Origin: Macrostomum lignano
Lineage: Eukaryota
Direction of reading: 5' to 3'
DNA: 64,000 nt
Assembly (NCBI GenBank): GCA_002269645.1
Contig: NIVC01000660.1
Location: 1-64,000, forward strand
Of this stretch, positions 13,443 to 25,974 are shown in pieces (within the stretch, counting starts at the first letter, position 1; each line of letters begins with the position of its first letter). Made by a program: the position numbers and the translations under genes. The notes below the pieces were generated by a model. That model was not told where the DNA came from, did no database searches, and saw only the letters and a program-made list of their open reading frames with translations.

Positions 13443-14190
13443 TGTGGTAGGGTCAATTAAATATCTTAATTAGCCTACTTATAGTAAATAATCACGCGCA
13501 TTTTTATCCCAACCAATCAGCGAGTTTCTTCCCTGTTTTTGTTTAAATATGGTAATTTTTGTTTAAAACTCCATCCTTTGTTAAAATTTCCCCTTTAATA
13601 ATTTGTTTCAATGTGTTATGCTCACCCCCCTCCTCTGTCAACGACTATATAAGGAAGAGATTTGGGCCGCAAAATATACAACTCGTTTTTCTCTGTTCGC
13701 TTGTTCGACAGCCTAATAACTCTTAGTATTTGAAGTTTAACCTTAAAACTTCCGCTAAGACTTGTTTTCGCTATTTATTTATTAAATAGGAGAAATTTGA
13801 GGTCGTGGAGACCCAAGACTAGGAATCTGATTAGAGAAATTAGAGGTCGTGAAGACCCAGGATAGAGCTGCCAAAAGGGGAATCTCGAGGTCGTACAGAC
13901 CCTAAGAAAGCCGTACAGGCTAACAATAGACATTAGGCATTAAGAGATTAGGTATTAGGGAAGTAGATTAGTTACCGCTGGACACCCTTGATCCCCGGAA
14001 ACGCTAGACTTTCGGACTGAACTAGGGAATTAGACAGTGTCTTACCGCTCGGGCACCACACGCTATCACAAGGTTTCTAAGAAATCGTGTGAGTTATGAA
14101 TTCCTAGGAAAATCATAGTTTAGAATATTTAAAGTAGGCATTTAGTGATATTAGACAGACAGCTAGGTTTACAACAACTTGGTGGCACGG
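13443..14190 (+). mobile_element. LTR-like sequence followed by a putative primer-binding site
   Basis: Starts TGTGGTA and ends TACAACA (14170-14176; 6/7 inverted); CCAAT box, TATATAAG at 13646; TGGTGGCACGG at 14180. No second LTR or gag/pol seen. Confidence 0.45.
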
Positions 14191-14479
14191 AGAAATATTA
14201 GGACAGGAGTTTCCCCTAGAACAGAATTTTAGCAAAACAGTTCAATTGGTGTTGGACAACAGGATAAATAAAAAAGTGGAAAAACCGTGAAGATCAATAA
14301 CTTGCCATTTAATCGATAAAACTCATGGCAGTTTGTAGTTCAGAACAATGCCAATATTTGTACTAGATAATGATGGTGCAGCCGCTGAGCTCTCCACTGA
14401 AGCCACCAGAAGATGATGATGTTGTAACAGACGTCGCAGTCAGGCTATATTGGTGGCAAGCGCTGCACTGCCGCCTGCG

Positions 14480-14860
14480 CTGGTGCAACTGTCCACTACG
14501 ACTGATCACATCGGATATGTTGGACAGTCGTGACTTCTTGGAGTATCGAATGTAGCGTTGCGTTGAAACAAACAGAACGATGACCATCAGTCACGTGACC
14601 AATGTCCAATGAAAATCCGGCATTGTGCAGCTCCGGACAACAGTCGCTGTGATGCAACGAGGCGAATGTCTCCTTAACAGTCCGGCCTTTTCCGAAATGG
14701 TCTGCATCATCGTGCTTATCGTGTTGTGTTCAACAGCCTGCTTGCCGAAATACCCCGAGTTTGATGTAGGTTTTGCCCTTGGCCACAGAAAGACTGCACT
14801 GCTCGTGACACCTTCCAAGTGCTTAGCAATCGAAATCTTAATCTCCACGTACTCCTTTAT
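14480..14860 (-). mobile_element. Tyrosine recombinase relic, Crypton/DUF3504-type
   Basis: Minus strand, with frameshifts: VFLWP...YFGKQAVEHNTISTMMQTISEKAGL...HSPRCITAT / ELHNAGFSLDIGHVT / GHRS...QRYIR, resembling the catalytic H-x-x-R ... H ... Y region. Confidence 0.65.
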
Positions 14861-14862
14861 TA

Positions 14863-15609
14863 TAGCTTTTTGCAGCCCATTTGGGCTTACGCGCATTGAA
14901 TTTAATCCAAGATATGTTTGTCAAAGTAATGGAGCTTTTGTCTATGGTAGCAAGGCTGGCACAGCGGCATTTAATTTGGTCCAACAAGCATCAATTTGGT
15001 CCATTTAGTTCATTTGCAGCTCAGTCCCAGAATTGTGGACCATATGCTAGGCTGTTGAACGAATGTCATTGGCTTGTGATCGAAGCACTCGACGGAGGTG
15101 AACACCCAAAGGACATTGCAATGTTGCTGAATGTAAAAGAAAAGGTGGTTTACAGCATCCAACAGCGCCTTGAAACTCTGCCGGCAGAGATTGCCTGCGA
15201 AAGGGTGGCAATCGCCAAGGAAAGTTGCTCGAGAGCCTCAGGTCCAACTGCTACTCGATGCAGTGGAGACGAACCCTTTGTTGACGTTTCAGAAAATGCA
15301 GCAGAAGTTGAGGGAACAGCTCCAGTTGGTTATCAGATTTCGACTATCAGCAGAGCTCTGGAAAAGCAACTGAAAATTTTTGGTAGAGACGCTGACATTC
15401 CAGCGGTGCGCAACAACCTGCAGACGGTTGAGAGAAGGCAAGAGTTTGTCCAATGGCTCACGAGTGTTTGGACCAAATGGATGCTTGTTCGACCAAATTA
15501 AATGCCGCTGCGCCAGCCTTGCTACCATAGACAAAAGCTCTGTTACATTGGCAAACGTATCTTGGATTAAATTAAATGCGCGTAAGCCCAAATGGGCTGC
15601 AAAATGCTA
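14863..15609 (+). mobile_element. Internally deleted Tc1/IS630-type DNA transposon (747 bp)
   Basis: ~140-bp TIRs beginning TAGC(T/A)TTTTGCAGCCCATTTGGGC; TA TSD at 14861-62 and 15610-11; frameshifted HTH remnant KGGNRQGKL / QLLLDAVETNPLLTFQKMQQKL / STISRALEKQL...RRQEFVQWL; no DDE domain. Confidence 0.85.
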
Positions 15610-16239
15610 TATTAAAACCATGTAAGCTAAAGGATTTGGATAAAAAAACTTTCTAAAGGATTGGATTAGAAGGTTGGCCATAGACATAAAAATAGTGAGA
15701 AAGTGGTCCTTCGCAGCCCTCAAACTTGGCCATAGACATAAAAAACGGCTGCGGTAATTATTGGGTGCTTTCCACAAAAAGTGGTCTTTCGCGTCCTTGG
15801 GCTGCTTATTTTTAGGAATTTCTAAAAACAGATGGTGGAAACTATACTATTGTGTGCCAATAACCCTCGGCCAAAAGACATTAATGAGGCTCTGAAACCA
15901 TATGGATTTAAACTCTTATTTAAACTTACATGTATATTACCTACATGTAGATGGGCCACTCCAGCCGCCTGGTTTTGACCATAGACATCAGCAGCAGCCA
16001 GTGTCTGAAGCCCTAGCCCAATTGGGTTTTCGGGTCTCGGGGACGGCCGTTAAATATACATTACAATCTGCACAGTGGAGAGAGCTAATAAGGATGATTG
16101 CACAAACAGATCAGTCCTCGTGCAGACATATCATAATTGTTTATACGTCGTACTGCCCTTGAATCCTTCCAAAATTACACTGTTAACGAAGCTTTCTGCA
16201 GCAGTGAATAATACAATACAAAAAAATAGTTGCCAGGTC

Positions 16240-18085
16240 CGCCGACCTCCAAGTCACACGGTCAAAAAACACGATTAGCCGCACAGTCTCTGTTAAAAGC
16301 AACACCATTGGCCTGGTCAGTCAACTTGGCGTCTTCTGCTAAACAGTCCAAGAACCTCCGGGTCCGCGCCTGCCCCGGCTGGAAAGGTGCCCGCTGTGTC
16401 CACAGCAGCCTGCAGCGGCTTCGCGGGCAGTATGACTCGGCGCGGATGATGTGACCCGCCAGCTTCAGCCCTCGCTGTCGCAGGGTAAACGCTGGGAGGG
16501 CTCAGCTTGGCCCGTTGATAGAGGGGCTAGTCGGTGACGTATTCCGCGTGACAGTAGATGTTGAATGCTGCGCGTAGCAGCTGGAGTGTCCGCGTCCAGT
16601 TGTCGCTCCAGGACCTACCGTCGTCACAGAGGTGATGACCCGGATGGCCTCGCTCACGGCAGCCATCTGCTGCTCTTTGTAGACGGCGGCAAGGAATTTT
16701 AAGCTCCGTCTGTTGCGCGCCTGCTCCTCCCTGAGTCGCTGTACTCGCTCTTTGGCCTCTCTAATTGATGGGTCGCTTATCCACAATGGTTGCGAGCGCT
16801 GCGAGTGATAGCGCGAGTGGTAGCTCGCTTTCTGCTGCGGCTTGGATTATGGCGCAGATGTCATTTTTGGTGTCGCCCAGCGCGGTGGAAAAGACGCGAG
16901 AGAAACGGTTCCTAGCGTCCTGGTTGGGAGTGCTCGGAAGAAGCGCTTCATCGGTCTTTTCTTTGGTGGTCGGTAGAGGGGGTCGCGGAGATGTACCAGT
17001 AAGTCACAGAACAGTAACACGTACTCTTGTGGTCCGACCCCACGGCCAGTGGTCTGACGGTGTTGCAATTAAATGCTCGGCGACGTTCGCGATTGAGCAG
17101 TAGCACGTGATCTAACTGCGCTAGCCTGCGAGTCGCGTTACGGCCGGTTGCATTTCGCCTTCTCCACTTAAATGTACAACCGGTAAAGGTACGTGTGGCG
17201 AGCCGGCTGACGGGTTTGCGGAAGGTAAGTATTTGCGGACACCAGGTCGTCTTGCTGTGTGAAACTCACCAGCGCATCTGTATTTCGATTCTCGTGTGGA
17301 TCGAGGCACATAAGAGGCGCTTGCAGAACGACGCACTACCGCATTGGGGTCGCCAAGCACCATCAGTGTCTCGCTGCGCGACGGTTTCAAGCTGAGCTGA
17401 CATGAAATCGAAGAACCTGTCAGCTTCTTCTGGGTGGGCTGCTGTGGGTTCGTACGCGCAGAAGAGGAGTGCATTGCGGTTGCGAGGCGAATGTCCACCC
17501 ACATATCAGTCGATCACTCAGGGGGAGACAGCTTTGTCGCAGCCGAGGGTTGACAATTGCCACCGACCCTGCCACGTTCTTTCTTGTCCGCGAAGCTGTA
17601 AAACAGGGTCCAGCCGCCACCAAGGTCTTCGACTTGCAAGTCGGGTCCACTGACGATAGAAAGCTCTTGCAACATCAATTAAGATGTCTAATTCGAGTCC
17701 TTCGGATTGTTGGGCAATAATCCTCTTCGCCAAGTAGCCTTCAGAGTGCGGCAGTTGAAGGTCGCCAGTCTAAGCGTGCATTTTGATACAGCTGGGGTCC
17801 GCTGACATTGAACCTATTGGTCTTCAGCGCCATCCGGCAGATCCAGATCCTTATAGTGGGCAGGGTGGGCTGACAGCGCAGGGTGAGTCGACGCAGCAGG
17901 CCTCTGCGATTGCGTTCACGGCGCCTCTCCATCAGGCGGCAAACACTCCGCTTGCCCTGTCTCACTTTGATGCAGACTTTTGCAGCCACAGTCAGTAGGC
18001 GAGGCTTACGACTGAGCCGACCGAAGAGAGCGCAGTTCGATGCAGGCGCTGCTGCTGCTGCGCGTCACCAGGAGCTGGCGTCAGC
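16240..18085 (-). mobile_element. RTE-like LINE: 5' region, APE endonuclease and C-terminus, with RT domain deleted
   Basis: Endonuclease motifs LFCAYEPT, LMVLGDPNA, QLDHVL, SDHK; linker; then directly LERQLD (16594-16611), LLRAAFNI, LYQRAKLSPP, KLAGHIIRAESYC. Many frameshifts and stops. Confidence 0.82.
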
Positions 18086-19757
18086 ATTATACTTAATTTA
18101 GCATTATTCCCGATCAAAAAAAGTTGGCTTAATTATGTCTTAAAGATGTCTTGCATAAGACAGAAAGATGTCTTCAAGACATCTTACAATTGACTTAATT
18201 CGGTCTAAAAATTGGCTCCTTGCAACACTTGTAGACAACTTAGAGATAACTTAAAGACGTCTTCAGACATCTTCAAGACATCTTAAAATCTACTTAAAGA
18301 CATCTTCCAGATGACTTGCAGAAGACGTCTTGCCCAAGATCATTTAAGAAATGCTGTTGCCATTGCAATCACAGTTGTTTAAAAGAAAAATGACTAAAAA
18401 TATTACAGCACTCTTTTGTTTCGTTTCAGGCAATATTGATATGAAAGAGAAGCTATTTAGTAGGCTTCTAAACATGGTTCAATGTAATTTATGATTTATG
18501 ATTTATATTTTCATTTTATAAAAGGCACAGTTTAAAAGTCACAGAAGCAATAAAATGGTGAATCAAAAACAAGTTAAAATACACTAAATAAAAATGCAAA
18601 AATACTCAAGTGCAAGTGTATAATTTTATAATGCATCATACCCTGTCATTGCATGGAAATACTTGGTTAATGCAATAAAAGTTGCTCATTGCTTGGTGGA
18701 AAACTTGCTGTAAATTGATCCTTTGCTAGCCAGAATTGTTTAGTAGTTTAGAATTGGCTCAATCCAGGAAGATTCAAGATCCAGGTTAGCTTCCACTATG
18801 ATGGATAGCATGTGTTGATAAGGCAGAAAAGGATAAGTTTAATAAAGGTTATAGTTTATAGGTTGTTAGGCTGAAATAATTTGAAATTCATAAGTAAAAA
18901 AACAATAAATAATAAATAATAGATTATTATACTAATATACTTTAAAAATCTAATAAATAAATTGCCTAGGCCCCTACTATATATTCACACAAGTGTATTA
19001 TACAATAACTTTGCCTTAGGCTTAAATACATAGGCTAAAGCTTAGGGCCTAATCTCAAAGCAAAATAAAAAGATTAGAATATCAATTTTATATAAAACTT
19101 CTAGGCATACCAACTCTATTTATTCTCTATTAGGCCTAATCCAATTTTTGAATGTGATATAGGCCTAATAATAAATTATAAGGCTATATCTATTTCTTAT
19201 TTAAATTTTCATTGGCCTAGCCAAGAAAAAAGCACAAATGACTAGGCCTAATATTCAAAATATTGATATATTGAAAACATCATATATATGCCATTAGCCA
19301 ATAATAAAGGCAAAGAGGAAGCAACATATAAAGGCCTATAGGCCAAGGTTTTCTTTTTTGCCAAAGACAAGGTGCAAAAGTGCACTCTATACTCATTTTT
19401 ATAGTGCAATTTTAAGGCTCAAAGTGCAATTTCTTATTTTTCTTATTTTAGGGCAATGCAAATGAGGCTTCAAGTTTAACATAAAAACAGGTTATAAGAC
19501 TGTCTCTAAATTGCAATTTTCAATTTCTGGGTGCAATTTTAAATTAAAAGTAACTCTGCATATAAAAAATAAACCTAGCTATAGGCTCATGGAAATTATT
19601 TATTACTTTTGACATAAAAATCAAAGCAAAAACTATTTAGGCCTAAGGAACTGGGTTTTTTTTTTCGCCAGAGATAAGGTGCGAAATCGCACCTTGTGCC
19701 AAATTTCAAGGTGCGATTTTAAGGCTCAGAGTGCAATTTCTCTTGAGTCTTGTTTAG

Positions 19758-22255
19758 AATGTGAGGGTTTCACGAGAGATATTCAGACAGACATTCGAAA
19801 CGATCGTCTGTAACTTTAAACAAAATTGACCCGCTTCAACCATCTTTTTGGCAAATACTTACGCAAGTGTTGGGCGTCAAATAAGCTTTAATTTATTAAC
19901 TGAAGTAAAAATCCTTCTGACATACATTGATTTAAAAATTGCTTAGCAACACTAGCTCTGATTAGAAATCGCTTTATTGTTGACTAAAATTGTTTTGATC
20001 GTAGCAGCCTAAAAGCAGATACTGGATTTAAAAATGCTTCGATTTACTCTATACGCATGTCTCAGCTTTAAAATGACACCTCAGGCGTCGCAAAAGACAG
20101 CTTTGATGCTGAGATATTCGACACTAAACATGCATTGCTTTGCGCAATCTCACATTCAGAAATTTCACTGATTTTTTGTCAATATTTGTGCAGCTGCCGT
20201 GTCCTTGTTTTTCATTAGAAACTTGTCAAATTCTAGTCATGTCCAGTTTAAACCTGGACTTCTCTTAAACTGTCTTAAGTATTTGATTTTTAATGATTCC
20301 TGCCTTTATATTGCATAGATTGTACCTGAGTCAGTGAGTCTGTGAGTGTGCATTTGTACATTTGGCAACCAATCATGACTTTTTCACCGCTTTGCGGTTC
20401 AAATAAATATACGAGTGTACAAGAAACATGTTCCAACTGTTATTGAGAGAAATTGACGTCGCGTTTATTAACAGTCAGTGGCAATTAATATGAAGCAAAT
20501 AGTTTATTGTTATGTTTTTACTTTTTTTGCGTGGCAATTCTGCTATCCAAATCGGAATGAGGTAAGCGGTGGGAATAAAATAAAAAGGAAGAATTTTTTC
20601 TACTGTTGTTGCAACCCAATAGCTATATGTACTTCAAACTTTTTAGATTGAACAGGCGATTTCTAATGTACTGCTAAGCTTTCCAATCCCTACGGACTAC
20701 AGTAGCAGTTCTTAACTTTTTTTCTGTCTTGACTTCTAGACTCGGAATTCGGAACAACCTAAGGAGCCGCATGAAAATATTTAATTGGATAAAGATATTT
20801 TCTAAAAACAGCTCAAGTCGTGACACATCTTCTTCTCACCTCAGTCCATCAACTGCTGCTCCTTCTGAGACCAAAGCGATCGTGAAAGTAAAACAGATCA
20901 GTTTAGATCCCATGGCCATGAATACAACCATTTCAATTGTGAACCTGCTTTGCTTACAAGTACAAGCACTAGCCTTCCATTTGATGCCATTAGCTCACTT
21001 AACTCTGAAATAGTTCAAGGACGGTTCCAAATGTTAAGATCTGACGTAGAAGCAGTCCAATTTGTGGAAATTTATCAACTGGACTCCATGAATCACTCCA
21101 ATGAAAGGCGGCGAATAGCTGTAGAATGCGTAAACAAGTTTAAGTGAGTCACAAAAAACCCATTTACTGTAACTACATACACTTGTACGTTAGCAAGGCT
21201 CCATGCGATGGTTAATAAATGGAGAAGTAGACAAGCATCTGAACAAATATTGAATAAAAATCAGTGAAGTTTCCAAATGTGAGTTTGAGCAAAGCAATGT
21301 TTAGTGTCGAATATCTCAGCATCAAAGCTGTCTTTTGCAATGCCTGAGGTGTCATTTTAAAGCTGAGACATGCTTATAGACATGACTAGAATTTGACAAG
21401 ATTCTGATGAAAAACAAGGACACGGCAACTGCACAAATATCGACAAAAAATCAGTGAAATTTCTGAATGTAAGATTGCGCAAAGCAATGCATGTTTAGTG
21501 TCGAATATCTCAGCATCAAAGCTGTCTTTTGCGACGCCTGAGGTGTCATTTTAAAGCTGAGACATGCGTATAGAGTAAATCGAAGCATTTTTAAATCCAG
21601 TATCTGCTTTTAGGCTGCTACGATCAAAACAATTTTAGTCAACAGTAAAGCGATTTCTAATCAGAGCTAGTGTTGCTAAGCAATTTTTAAATCAATGTAT
21701 GTCAGAAGGATTTTTACTCCAGTTAATAAATTAAAGCTTATTTGACGCCCAACACTTGCGTAAGTATTTGCCAAAAAGATGGTTGAAGCGGGTCAATTTT
21801 GTTTGAAGTTACAGACAATCATTTTGAATGTCTGTCTGAATGGGTCTCCCTAAAACACACCCCGTACCGCCCTGCAGCGCTACACATTAAAACAAATTGG
21901 ACTATAACTAAAGACACTTCAGAAAGCGTTTTCTGTTAAGCTTCAAGTTTTTATTAAATTTAGTTTTTTTTACTTTGAAATATAAAATTCGGTGAACAAT
22001 AAGTGATATTAATAATAATATTAATAAAATAATAATATTATAATTTAATAATGAAAACGAGAATATAAAAAATAATAATATTTAAAAAAATAAATAAAGA
22101 TATTTATTCCATTACTATTTTAACTTTTCCTTGCAATCAAATACTGCATTGACAAAAAATGTTATAATGTGTAGCAGTTCGGGGCCCGGTGCGGGGCGTG
22201 TTTTAGGGAGCCCCTGTCTGAATATCTCTCGTGAAACCCTCACATTGCTCACATT
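19758..22255. mobile_element. Foldback-type element with ~480-bp inverted arms
   Basis: Left arm 19758-20241 is the near-identical reverse complement of 21381-21841 plus 22224-22246; ~1.1-kb internal spacer; absent from the sister hAT copy. Confidence 0.85.
21842..22213. mobile_element. MULE/Merlin-like MITE with 10-bp TSD
   Basis: TIR GGGTCTCCCTAAAACACACCCCGTACC vs inverted GGGCTCCCTAAAACACGCCCCGCACC; TSD CTGTCTGAAT (21832-41, 22214-23); the left foldback arm shows the empty site. Confidence 0.85.
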
Positions 22256-24383
22256 TCAGACAACTGGGAATGTATATTTTAATATCTTACATAAGGCTAT
22301 AGCTATAGGCTATATCGCCTATATGACTTAATAGGATTTAAAGAGTTATTTTGTTTCATATTTTAAGGCAGTGCATAAAAAATAGCTTAAGCATGGTTAA
22401 GCCTTTAAAGAAAAATGGTTATAAGACCGCACCTAAACCGCACCTACTTTTTTAATTTCAGGGTGCGATTTTAAAATTTAGGGTGCATACGCACACTCTG
22501 CGCACAAAAAAAAAACCCTGCTAAGGAAGAAGCTAGGGCCTATCTACAGCTAAGAGGCCTACAACAGAACAAAATAGCCTAATAAGCCAATTCAACAACT
22601 ATAAAACTTTGACTTTAAAAAGCCAGAAGTAAATAAAACATATAATTTTAGTTTTAGGCCTAGTACATGGGCCTCTAGTTAATGCCTGAATCTTTTAAGG
22701 CCTAACTTAAAATGTAAACATGACTATGCATTAGTTAACTAGTGCTTACTAGTGCTAGGCATAGCAATATATATGCAGTAGGCCTAAATAAAAAAACATT
22801 GCATCCAAGGTCCAATTTAAAATTGTAATTTTTAGGTCAGGATGTTACATAGCATCCCTATTGCCTATTGCATAAAAACATTTCTGGCCAATCTGGTTTC
22901 TTTGCTGGCACCTGGCACTAGAATATGAAATACAATCCTAGAAGCTATCCAAGGAAGAATTAGTAAAAAATACTACTAGGTCTAGGAATTGGTCTAATTT
23001 GAGGATAGTAGATGTATCATCACGAATAGTAATACACTATCGCATTAAGTAAAGATAAATCTAGGGTAGGGCTTACACCAGAAATCTATATAGGCTATAG
23101 CAGCCAATGAAAAATTGAAACTTATCACAAAAGATAGAAGCAAGTGTTCGACAATTAGGCGGCCTTCACGGTCACAAGGTTGTCTTTTAGTCCTTTTTAA
23201 AAATGTCGTTCCGCCATATTGATTTTAGCTGTTTTTAACAAAAGCATAACCGATATATATTGCAACTTTGTCTTTTTTAATGCTTAGCTGTTTAGAATTT
23301 TGTAAATATATTTGCTCCAATCAAAACTGTTGTAGTTAAACTTTGTCTCAAAGTTTGTAACGACTCGATACAAAAATTGCACATAATTGCACTTCAAAAG
23401 CGTAAACGATTTTTAATAAAAGGCACACCTTCCACAGACTACAATACAACAAAATTTTTAGATAAATGTCACAATAGTTGCTTGTTTTATTTTTTATTGA
23501 TTTTAACGATCTGGATAAATTTGTATCTGAAACTTCCTACTTACAGTAGAAACAGTTGTTTATGTAAATTTTTAGTCTTTAAGGTGATGTCTTAAAGATG
23601 TCTTCAACAAGACATCTCATAAAAGTCAATTTCAAGTCATCTTCAAGACAACTTTATCAGGATAGCTTGTGGAAGCAAAGTTGAAGATATCTTGAAATTG
23701 TCTTGAGGTGTCTTTAGCCATCTTAAGACAATTCTAAGACGTCTTAAGACAACTTCTTTTTGATCGGGTTCACTATATAGTGAATGATAATTTTGCACGG
23801 CTCTAATCATATATGCATGTATAAACATTTGTGTCTCACTGTAATGATGCCAGCTCGACGCTAGTGCAGGTTTCGGTTTTGGTTTATATGTATATAAAAT
23901 TATGGATAGTTATGACTACAGTGATAAATTCAGGCAATATACAGATCGAACCAGAAAATTTTGGGACCAAACAGAAAACACAGTACTAGCGACCTTCAAA
24001 ATCAGTAAATACTACAAATCTGCGCCCCGTTGGAGAGGCAGCAAACGAAGTATTAAAATTTTGAATAAGAGCTGCTTATAGGTAAGCCATGACAGCTATT
24101 TTAGTTACTTTTGTTAATCAAATGGATCAAAGGAATGATCAATGCTTAAGCAAAAAGCATCCGCCCTGAAACGCAGCTATAATTCTATCTCTATAGCAAA
24201 AAAATATCACCCGAACATAACTCCGACGTCGGCGACAATTCCCACGACATCTGTCGACGTCGATGACAGATATGTACTTTTATACACCGACGCCCAGCCG
24301 ACGACGTACATGTACGATGTCAGGTACGCGTCCTTATATATCCGTCGATGCAATTTAAAAGCAATGTATATGTAAATTTCTAG

Positions 24384-24591
24384 AACAAAAATGCATGCTG
24401 CTACAGGGAGGATGACCGCTTTTGCTACACCAAGGTATATTATTCATTAAGTTTTGCATAAAATTAAAAAAAAATTTAATTAAAATTTAACAAAAATGCA
24501 TGCTGCTACAGGGAGGATGACCGCTTTTGCTACACCAAGGTATATTATTCATTAAGTTTTGCATAAAATTAAAAAAAAATTTAATTAAAAT
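24384..24591. repeat. 105-bp tandem duplication
   Basis: AACAAAAATGCATGCTGCTACAGGGAGG...AATTAAAAT occurs twice (24384, 24489). Confidence 0.9.
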
Positions 24592-25974
24592 CCTAGACTA
24601 GAGGTCTTAGTCTAGAAGTCCTTGTTAAAATCACGTCCTTTTAAAATTCAGAGGTACGTTGCATGCTAACTTCATTGCACAAATGTTGTCTGCTCTCCAT
24701 TGCACAAACGCAGAAGTCACTCTTGTTGAAGGATTATGTACTCGATCATGGATTAATAAAATTAGGGCGTAGAATCAATAAAAAAAACAGGAGTTAAGAG
24801 CCACCTGCAATTGTCTGCATGTCGCGCGGACCAAAAAATTAACCGATTTTGGTTTGAATAAAACTATATCGAAAACAATTAATTGTTGATGTACCTTATA
24901 AATTTTTAACTTGCATAATTTCTAGGCATAATTTTAGGAAAAAAAGTATTTCTTGATGTTTTCTCAAAGTTAGTTAAAATAAATTTTGTTAAAATCTGAA
25001 CATTGCGTAATTTAAATGCCAGACCAAGACTCACTTTGCCAGCCAATAACAGAACTTGAAACACTCTATATCTCTAACCCCCAAGCTTGTTCTTCTAAAT
25101 GTGATTCTTTGCTTGAGTAATTAGGTTCTATGACCAATACCTTTGAATAACTTTAACTTTAAATCAAATATAAACCTTTGCCGTTGGCACAGGTTTCAAC
25201 CCTATAGTATCATCACTATCATGATAAGAAATAAGAATGCAAGTTTGCTATATTGATAATTGATGGAACATTTGATTTGTACTAGGCCCTATTAGGCCTA
25301 TTTAGACCCCTACAGAATTATTTAATTTATTTTCTATGTCAGAGTCAAACTCATTTGTTGAACAATACAAAATTTTTAAAATACAAAATTCTTTCTTATT
25401 CTTAACTTAAAGACATTTTGTTGCCAACTAGGCCTATCTAGATTTCTTTCTATAAGTAGGTTATAATTACAAATAGAATAGAAAATAGTAGGCCTATTAT
25501 GCAAAAGCAAAAAAGTGGACATTATGGGACTTTAAATTTTCCAGTCAATAAAAATCAATATAAGTTACAATTATAAAAACAATTTTGAAAACTAGGCCTA
25601 ATTACTAATAGTAATAGTTAAATAGCAAAGAATATAAATGAGCATGAGTTTAATATATTTTCTGTTTTATTATGAATAGGCTATAAAATGAAATGAAATA
25701 GGCCTACTAATTTTTATACAGAATTGCTATTTATTGTATTTTATATATTTAAATTTAAATAAAATATTCATTGACTAGGCCTAGGCTAACAAAAATGGAG
25801 TACTTATAGGCATAGTGGCTGTGACTATAATATTAGAACTTATATTATAAGCACGGTGGCCATGTCTATAATATTGGAACTTATAGGCACAACAGTTGTG
25901 TCTATAAAATTTGAGCTTATAGGCATGGCTATAATCAATATTAAATGTGTGTTTTGTAGGGCTTTTTTGACAAG

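Larger units (their letters stand above)
19651..22520. mobile_element. hAT-like MITE copy 1 with nested insertions
   Basis: Ends CTGGGTTTTTT / AAAAAACCCTG; perfect 8-bp TSD CTAAGGAA (19643-50, 22521-28); body near-identical to 25975-27137. Confidence 0.85.
18109..23768. mobile_element. Large TIR element (outer layer of the nest)
   Basis: CCCGATCAAAAA at 18109 and TTTTTGATCGGG ending 23768; GATGTCTT/AAGACATC subterminal repeats at 18130-18350 and 23575-23760; TT on both flanks. Confidence 0.55.

Noticed and set aside
23900-24085. Exon-like stretch ending TAG|GTAAGC
   Set aside because: No recognisable product or consistent frame linking it to any gene.
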